A DNA stretch of 50,980 nucleotides from positions 1 through 50,980 of the forward strand of contig CAIQXC010000287.1 in NCBI GenBank assembly GCA_903875675.1, given 5' to 3'. The position numbers were made by a program, and so were the translations under genes. Positions 46,355 to 50,980 of the stretch are shown piece after piece (position 1 is the first letter of the stretch; each line of letters begins with the position of its first letter). Origin of the DNA: Akkermansiaceae bacterium (GTDB lineage Bacteria; Verrucomicrobiota; Verrucomicrobiia; Verrucomicrobiales; Akkermansiaceae). A model generated the notes under the pieces. That model was not told the origin of the DNA. It saw nothing but the letters and a program-made list of their open reading frames with translations, and made no database searches.

Positions 46355-47035
46355 ATGGCCATGACGCATCCAGTTCCCCACCGCGACCACCCGATCCGCT
46401 TGATATTGATCGAAGACCATGCCGATTTCCGCGAATCGGTGTCGATGGTGCTTGAGGAGCGTGGCGGCTACCACTGCGTCGGCGGGTTTTCCACCATGGA
46501 GGACGCGCTGGAGGCGATCCGCGGCGGCCTGGAGGCGGATCTGGTGCTATCGGATCTGGGCTTGCCGGGCATGAGCGGAGTGGCGGGCATCCGCAAAGTG
46601 CGTGAACTTTTGCCTAGGGCGCGGGTGCTGGTGCTCACCGCATTCACCGACAAAGCGAAGGTGTTTGCGGCGCTGGAGGCTGGGGCCCATGGATATCTGG
46701 TGAAGGCTGGAAGTGCGTCGCGACTGATCGAAACCCTTGAAGAAGTGCTTGCCGGCGGGACGCCACTGGATCCCAAGATCGCTGGCATGATCCTGCAGAC
46801 ATTCCGCAAACTCAGCCCGATCCCCGACGCTGAATCCCTCTCCGGCCGCGAGTGCGAGGTGCTCCAACTCGCCGCCAAAGGCCTCACCCGCCAGGAAATC
46901 GCCGACGCACTGAGCCTCAGCCCGCATTCGGTCACCGAGTACATCCAGCGCAGCTTCGACAAACTCCATGTGCGCAACCTGCCAGCCGCCGTCAGCGAGG
47001 CGATCCGCCGCGGCTTGCTGGACCTCTCACGTTGA
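46355..47035 (+). CDS. NarL/LuxR family response regulator
   Basis: IEDH, phosphoacceptor LSDLGLPG, LTAF, GYLVK and HTH LSGRECEVL...EIA. Confidence 0.93.
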   Translation: MAMTHPVPHRDHPIRLILIEDHADFRESVSMVLEERGGYHCVGGFSTMEDALEAIRGGLEADLVLSDLGLPGMSGVAGIRKVRELLPRARVLVLTAFTDKAKVFAALEAGAHGYLVKAGSASRLIETLEEVLAGGTPLDPKIAGMILQTFRKLSPIPDAESLSGRECEVLQLAAKGLTRQEIADALSLSPHSVTEYIQRSFDKLHVRNLPAAVSEAIRRGLLDLSR

Positions 47036-47052
47036 AACCCAGCCCCGCAAAT

Positions 47053-47691
47053 TTAAGGCACAAGCAGCAGATAGATCAGATAGCACAGCAGGGCACCGCC
47101 AAAGGCAACCACCAGACCGGTGGTCCGACGACGCCGAAAAAAGAACAGCAACGCCAACCCACTGAGCGAAATGCCAGTCATGATCACCGCCGAGGCATCA
47201 ACCAGAAACGACCATGAGCGACCGCTGTCGCGGCCCTTGTGGAGGTCGTTGAGCACCGCGACCAAACCGAGCCGGCTCTCATCCAGATCATAGTCGCCCG
47301 TGGCGCGATCAAGAAAGATATCCGCCGCGTAACCCGGCCCTTTGAACGAGATGGTGCATTGTGAATCGTCGATGATGAAATCACCGAGCGCACCCTTGAT
47401 GGAATGCTCCCGCCTAAGAAACTCAACAATCTCAAGTTTGGCTACGGCCGTGTCTGGCGGCTTGACCCAGCTGGGTTGGAGGTGCCCTTTGCAGCGACGA
47501 TCGGTCGAGTGTCCGGTTGTGAACCATTCGGCGTGATTGAGCGTCAGCCCGGTCACTCCGAAGAACAACAGGATGGCAAAGCTGATCATCGACAGATAGA
47601 TATGCATCCCGCGGAACCACGCCACGACGACGCGGCGCCAATATGCGTAAGTATTAATCCGCGGTGGCGGTGGCGGTGCCTCAGTGTGCAT
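47053..47691 (-). CDS. PepSY-associated TM helix domain protein
   Basis: HIYLSM...GVTGLTLNH, FKGPGY and LNDLHKGRDSG with conserved His residues. Confidence 0.85.
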   Translation of the reverse strand: MHTEAPPPPPRINTYAYWRRVVVAWFRGMHIYLSMISFAILLFFGVTGLTLNHAEWFTTGHSTDRRCKGHLQPSWVKPPDTAVAKLEIVEFLRREHSIKGALGDFIIDDSQCTISFKGPGYAADIFLDRATGDYDLDESRLGLVAVLNDLHKGRDSGRSWSFLVDASAVIMTGISLSGLALLFFFRRRRTTGLVVAFGGALLCYLIYLLLVP

Positions 47692-49369
47692 TGGCTTTGT
47701 GGTGGTAATCGAGGGCCGCAGAGGCGATCTCGACGTTGCCCTTCAAATCGACCTTGGCTGCGGTGCCGTTGCAATCCAGTTCCTGGCGCATGATTTGATA
47801 GGTTCCGTGCTCGCGGGCGGCCTCGAGGCAGATGGTGTATTTGCCAGACTTGACGAATTTGCCGGAGTTATCCTTGCCGTCCCACTTGAGGGTGTATTTG
47901 CCGGCCGGCCGGGTGGCGCTCGACACCGATGGGGTCAGCTCAGTGTTTTCCGCCAAGACCCGCAGTTGGTCGGAGCGATACCAGCCTTTGAGGTCCTCCA
48001 GCCAGCGCCCACCATTGGACCATAGTGCCAGCGTGCGAACCGGATATTTCTCTGCGTCTTCAATCCAAACCGCCACATAGGGTCGGCTCGCGCGGCGGCC
48101 CTCAAAACGGCTCAACTCAAGCTGCACCACCAACTCACACGTTTCGTCCCACAGGGCCGGGGCAGGTGTGCCAGCCGGGGCAGCCGGGGCAGCCGGGGCA
48201 GCCGGGGCAGCCGGGGCAGCGGGGCCAGCGGGGCCAGCGGGGCCAGCCGAGGCGGCAGCCGGGGTGGCGGCAGTCGGCGGCGGTGTAGCGGTATCGATCA
48301 ACCGGGGCCTTTGCGGCGTGACGAGAAGCCCTTGGATGTCGTCGGCAGCGGCCAGCACCGGAGGCACGGTTTCCAGCGTGTGCCAGCCCTTGCTGGTGAT
48401 GCGCTGGCCATCTGCGGTGAGCAACAGGCATTCAGCGGCGGGCTGCGACGCCACCAAGCGCAGGCTCGCATCTGGCTGCAGCACACAGCACGCGGTGGCA
48501 AGAGCCCCGGCATCGGCAGCATTGGCAGCAACAACCGTGGCACTGAGGACATGGGAGACGGGTTGACCGCTGCGCGGATCAACAATGTGTGAAAACCAAC
48601 GACCGGCGATTGTCACGCCCCGGCGGTAGTTGCCGCTGGTCGCCACCGCTTGGTTGCGGACCCGAATACTGGCAAGCGGCGGATCGTTTTCAGCATCGGC
48701 CTGCGGATTGGCAATCGCCACCGTCTCGGTGAGCTCGCCGCGCAGCACCAGGTCACCCCCGATGTTGACTAACAGGCCATCGACATGGGTGGCTGCCATG
48801 GCGGCATCGCAGGCCCGACTGGCGATATAACTTTTGGCAAATGAGTTAAAGACCAACGGTACGTCACTCAGATGAGTGGCGGTGTGGGCGGCAGGGTCGA
48901 GAGACCAATGCGGCTGCTTCACGGCGGTGACCGCAGCGGCGATGGCGGCGGGCTCCGGCATGCGGTCCTGGCGTGCGGCAACTTGCCACAATTGGCAAAT
49001 ATTTGCGGCAGCGGCATCCAGGGAGCCGTCGCTGCGATCGCGCCACTGGTCAAACAAAGCGAGCACCTCGTAGAGTTCGGCTGAAACTGCCACGGGCTGG
49101 CGCGACGTGCGCAGCCACCGGCTCACTTCGCTCGCACTCTCATAGCTGCTCAGAATGTGCGCCAAACGGTCGATTTCAGCCAAGGCTGCGGCCTCGGCAT
49201 GATCCGCTTGGTCCGGCGATGCGGCGAGCACTTTCAATTCGAGTGAGGTGCCCAAGACGTTCTCGTGTTGAAAAACATGCAAGTGCCCATGGATGGTGGC
49301 ATCAGCGGCGATGGCGGGCCATGCGACGCAACTCAGCAAGCCGCAAACAGCAAAGGACAGGGTCTTCAT
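47681..49369 (-). CDS. apbE: FAD:protein FMN transferase (ApbE) fused to a C-terminal DUF2271 domain
   Basis: ApbE motifs LGT, SEVSR, NSFAKSY, NIGGD, ATSGNYRRG, HIVDPRSG and AGALATA. DUF2271 motifs RPYVAVWIED, VSSATR and EAAREHG. Confidence 0.88.
   Translation of the reverse strand: MKTLSFAVCGLLSCVAWPAIAADATIHGHLHVFQHENVLGTSLELKVLAASPDQADHAEAAALAEIDRLAHILSSYESASEVSRWLRTSRQPVAVSAELYEVLALFDQWRDRSDGSLDAAAANICQLWQVAARQDRMPEPAAIAAAVTAVKQPHWSLDPAAHTATHLSDVPLVFNSFAKSYIASRACDAAMAATHVDGLLVNIGGDLVLRGELTETVAIANPQADAENDPPLASIRVRNQAVATSGNYRRGVTIAGRWFSHIVDPRSGQPVSHVLSATVVAANAADAGALATACCVLQPDASLRLVASQPAAECLLLTADGQRITSKGWHTLETVPPVLAAADDIQGLLVTPQRPRLIDTATPPPTAATPAAASAGPAGPAGPAAPAAPAAPAAPAAPAGTPAPALWDETCELVVQLELSRFEGRRASRPYVAVWIEDAEKYPVRTLALWSNGGRWLEDLKGWYRSDQLRVLAENTELTPSVSSATRPAGKYTLKWDGKDNSGKFVKSGKYTICLEAAREHGTYQIMRQELDCNGTAAKVDLKGNVEIASAALDYHHKANAH
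48172..48243. repeat. In-frame 9-bp tandem repeat (CAGCCGGGG x5 plus CAGCGGGGC x3) encoding the Pro/Ala/Gly linker of ApbE-DUF2271
   Basis: Read directly. The minus strand translates to GPAGPAGPAAPAAPAAPAAPAAPA. Confidence 0.9.
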
Positions 49370-49438
49370 TTGAAACAAACAGAATCGGCGGAACATCGGA
49401 GGTGGGGGAAAATCAGTGATACGGGGGCTCGCTTCGGA

Positions 49439-49999
49439 TCAATCGTCGTCGTCCTCTTTTTCGCTGGCTTTGCTGTTGGCACGGCGGGTTGGCGCGGCAC
49501 TTGCAGCGGCTTGGGCGGCGGCGAGTTTGACAATTTCCTCCTTGTCGAGGAAGCCATCCTTGTTCAGGTCGCCTTTTTCAAAAAGCGCCTGCAAGCGTTC
49601 GGGAAGCTCATCTTTCGCAAGCTTGCCGTCGCCATTCTTGTCGAATTGCATCAAGCGCACCACCATCGCGTCGGTGGCGTTGGGCTGGGCGCTGGCCCTG
49701 CGCTCGATGCGCGGGGCGGGCTGAACCTCATCCAAGGTGATCTTGCCGTCGTGATTCTTATCGAGTTTCTTGAGGGATTCGGCAGCATTGGCCATTTCCT
49801 TCTCGTCAATCACTCCGTCGCCGTTGGTGTCGAGCGCCACAAAGAGCAGGTTGCTGCGCAGCACCGCACGCTCACGTTCCCCACCCGTGCGGCGGATTCC
49901 GGTAGCTTCCACTGCGGCGGGGCGTGCTTCCTGAGCCTGGCTGGCGCAAATGGCAACCAGAAGAGTGGCAGCTAGCAATAAAGGGGATTTTGTTTTCAT
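49439..49999 (-). CDS. Secreted EF-hand calcium-binding protein (4 EF hands)
   Basis: DTNGDGVIDEKE, DKNHDGKITLDE, DKNGDGKLAKDE and DLNKDGFLDKEE, plus a signal peptide. Confidence 0.9.
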   Translation of the reverse strand: MKTKSPLLLAATLLVAICASQAQEARPAAVEATGIRRTGGERERAVLRSNLLFVALDTNGDGVIDEKEMANAAESLKKLDKNHDGKITLDEVQPAPRIERRASAQPNATDAMVVRLMQFDKNGDGKLAKDELPERLQALFEKGDLNKDGFLDKEEIVKLAAAQAAASAAPTRRANSKASEKEDDDD

Positions 50000-50087
50000 G
50001 GGCTATCGGGTTGCGGCGCAAGATACCGAGCGATCGCGCCAAGCCAAGAAATTTATCCAAATTTGTGCTGGTTTCGCGCTTTGGCAC

Positions 50088-50117
50088 TTGACGCCTCGCC
50101 GTCGCACTGCCCACCCT
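50088..50117 (+). promoter_or_regulatory. Putative sigma70 promoter for a leaderless adkA transcript
   Basis: TTGACG-N18-CACCCT, ending 7 nt before the ATG at 50125. Confidence 0.4.
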
Positions 50118-50124
50118 AGCAGCC

Positions 50125-50784
50125 ATGGCTAAGTTAATCATCGTTGCAGGTGTACCGGGTGCTGGCAAATCCACGGTTCTGGTCGAGGCATGGAAACAAG
50201 TCGAGCAAGACCTTCACTATTCAATCGTGTCCTTCGGCACCGAGATGCTCAACCTCTGCCTGGAGGCCGGTCTGGTCTCCGACCGCGATGAAATGCGCAA
50301 CCTCAGCGCCGACGCCCAGGAGGAAATGCAATGGCGCACCACCAAACGCATTGTCGAGCGCCCCGAGAACATCCTGCTAGACACCCACTGCACGATTAAG
50401 ACAGGTTCCGGGAGTTACCTGCCAGGGTTCACACCCCGCATGTTGGAGCGCATGTCTCCCAAGGCCATCATCCTGGTCGATGCCCATGAGGCCGAAATCC
50501 GCGGACGCCGCCGCCTCGACAAGTCGCGTCCGCTGCGCACCATCGAGGGCAACGACGATATCCTCGAGCACAAACTCATCAACCGCGCCTACGCCGCTGC
50601 CTTTTCCGCCCGTAGCAGTTGCCTGCTGCGCATCATCCAAAACAACACCGGCGAATTCGACCGAGCCGTCGAGGAATTTGTCAGTACCATTCGCTTCATC
50701 GGCATCGACAAGTACGCCAAGACCCCCAACGCCGTGGTCGGGACGCCCAACGTCGTGGCCGGGACGCCCAACGTCTCAGCATAG
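50125..50784 (+). CDS. adkA: Archaeal-type adenylate kinase
   Basis: GVPGAGKST, SFGTEM, GLVSDRDEMR, LDTHCTIKT...YLPG, EIRGRRRLD and EH..INR match the archaeal AdkA motif series. Confidence 0.85.
   Translation: MAKLIIVAGVPGAGKSTVLVEAWKQVEQDLHYSIVSFGTEMLNLCLEAGLVSDRDEMRNLSADAQEEMQWRTTKRIVERPENILLDTHCTIKTGSGSYLPGFTPRMLERMSPKAIILVDAHEAEIRGRRRLDKSRPLRTIEGNDDILEHKLINRAYAAAFSARSSCLLRIIQNNTGEFDRAVEEFVSTIRFIGIDKYAKTPNAVVGTPNVVAGTPNVSA
50721..50775 (+). repeat. 21-bp tandem repeat (about 2.6 copies) in the adkA 3' end
   Basis: GACCCCCAACGCCGTGGTCGG GACGCCCAACGTCGTGGCCGG GACGCCCAACGTC, encoding TPNAVVG TPNVVAG TPNV. Confidence 0.85.
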
Positions 50785-50791
50785 CGACGCT

Positions 50792-50813
50792 GCCGCCAGG
50801 ATGGCGGCGCTCC
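50792..50813. repeat. REP-like hairpin GCCGCCA-GGA-TGGCGGC-GCTCC
   Basis: Perfect 7-bp stem. The minus strand reads GGAGCGCCGCCATCCTGGCGGC, a GGAG tetranucleotide followed by a palindrome as in REP elements. Confidence 0.5.
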
Positions 50814-50842
50814 CCGCCAAATGCGCTGCTGACATGCGCTGG

Positions 50843-50980
50843 ATAGAGGTAGGAATGGGGCATTACTGCCCCACCCCTCCCTCAGAACCGGACAGGCGGA
50901 TTTCCCGCATCCGGCTCGCCAGTCGATGAGTGCCCGCATGTCAGGCTTGCGCCTTTCACTTCGTGGGACTCGCGGCTGAG
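50843..50980 (-). mobile_element. 3' end of a group II intron (domains V and VI); the rest lies beyond the right edge of the window
   Basis: Minus strand DV GAGCCGGATGCGGGAAATCCGCCTGTCCGGTTC (50917-50885) with the AGC triad. DVI AGGGGTGGGGCA-GTAA-TGCCCCATTCCT with a bulged A (50850) 8 nt from the terminal ...CTCTAT. Confidence 0.9.

Noticed and set aside
48025-48288. Collagen-like (PGQ)n ORF on the + strand
   Set aside because: It is an antisense reading of the 9-bp repeat inside apbE.

Overview
GC-rich bacterial chromosomal window. The gene content and the signal-peptide style suggest Verrucomicrobiota (PVC superphylum), which is an inference. It holds about 45 protein-coding genes, and I recognised no rRNA, tRNA or CRISPR array. 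The centrepiece is a 16-gene, largely translationally coupled + strand operon (4393-22809). It combines four secreted PQQ-like beta-propeller proteins with a DUF3311/sodium:solute symporter pair, an EhpF/LuxE-like adenylating enzyme, an aldehyde-dehydrogenase-fold protein lacking the hydrolytic Glu motif, an Fe-alcohol dehydrogenase, a HemN-like radical SAM enzyme, a chorismate-lyase-fold protein, a flavin-dependent halogenase, a hotdog thioesterase, a PaaK-like CoA ligase and a CPA2 antiporter. It reads as an uncharacterised pathway for a chorismate-derived, possibly halogenated aromatic metabolite or cofactor. Other highlights are an archaeal-type adenylate kinase (AdkA), the 3' end (domains V-VI) of a minus-strand group IIB intron at the right edge next to a REP-like hairpin, an EF-hand/ApbE-DUF2271/PepSY flavinylation operon, and a 14-repeat Kelch protein. 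Housekeeping genes include rsgA, dinB, tlyA, aroB, ppk2 and eda. All functional calls come from motif recognition by eye; no searches were run.
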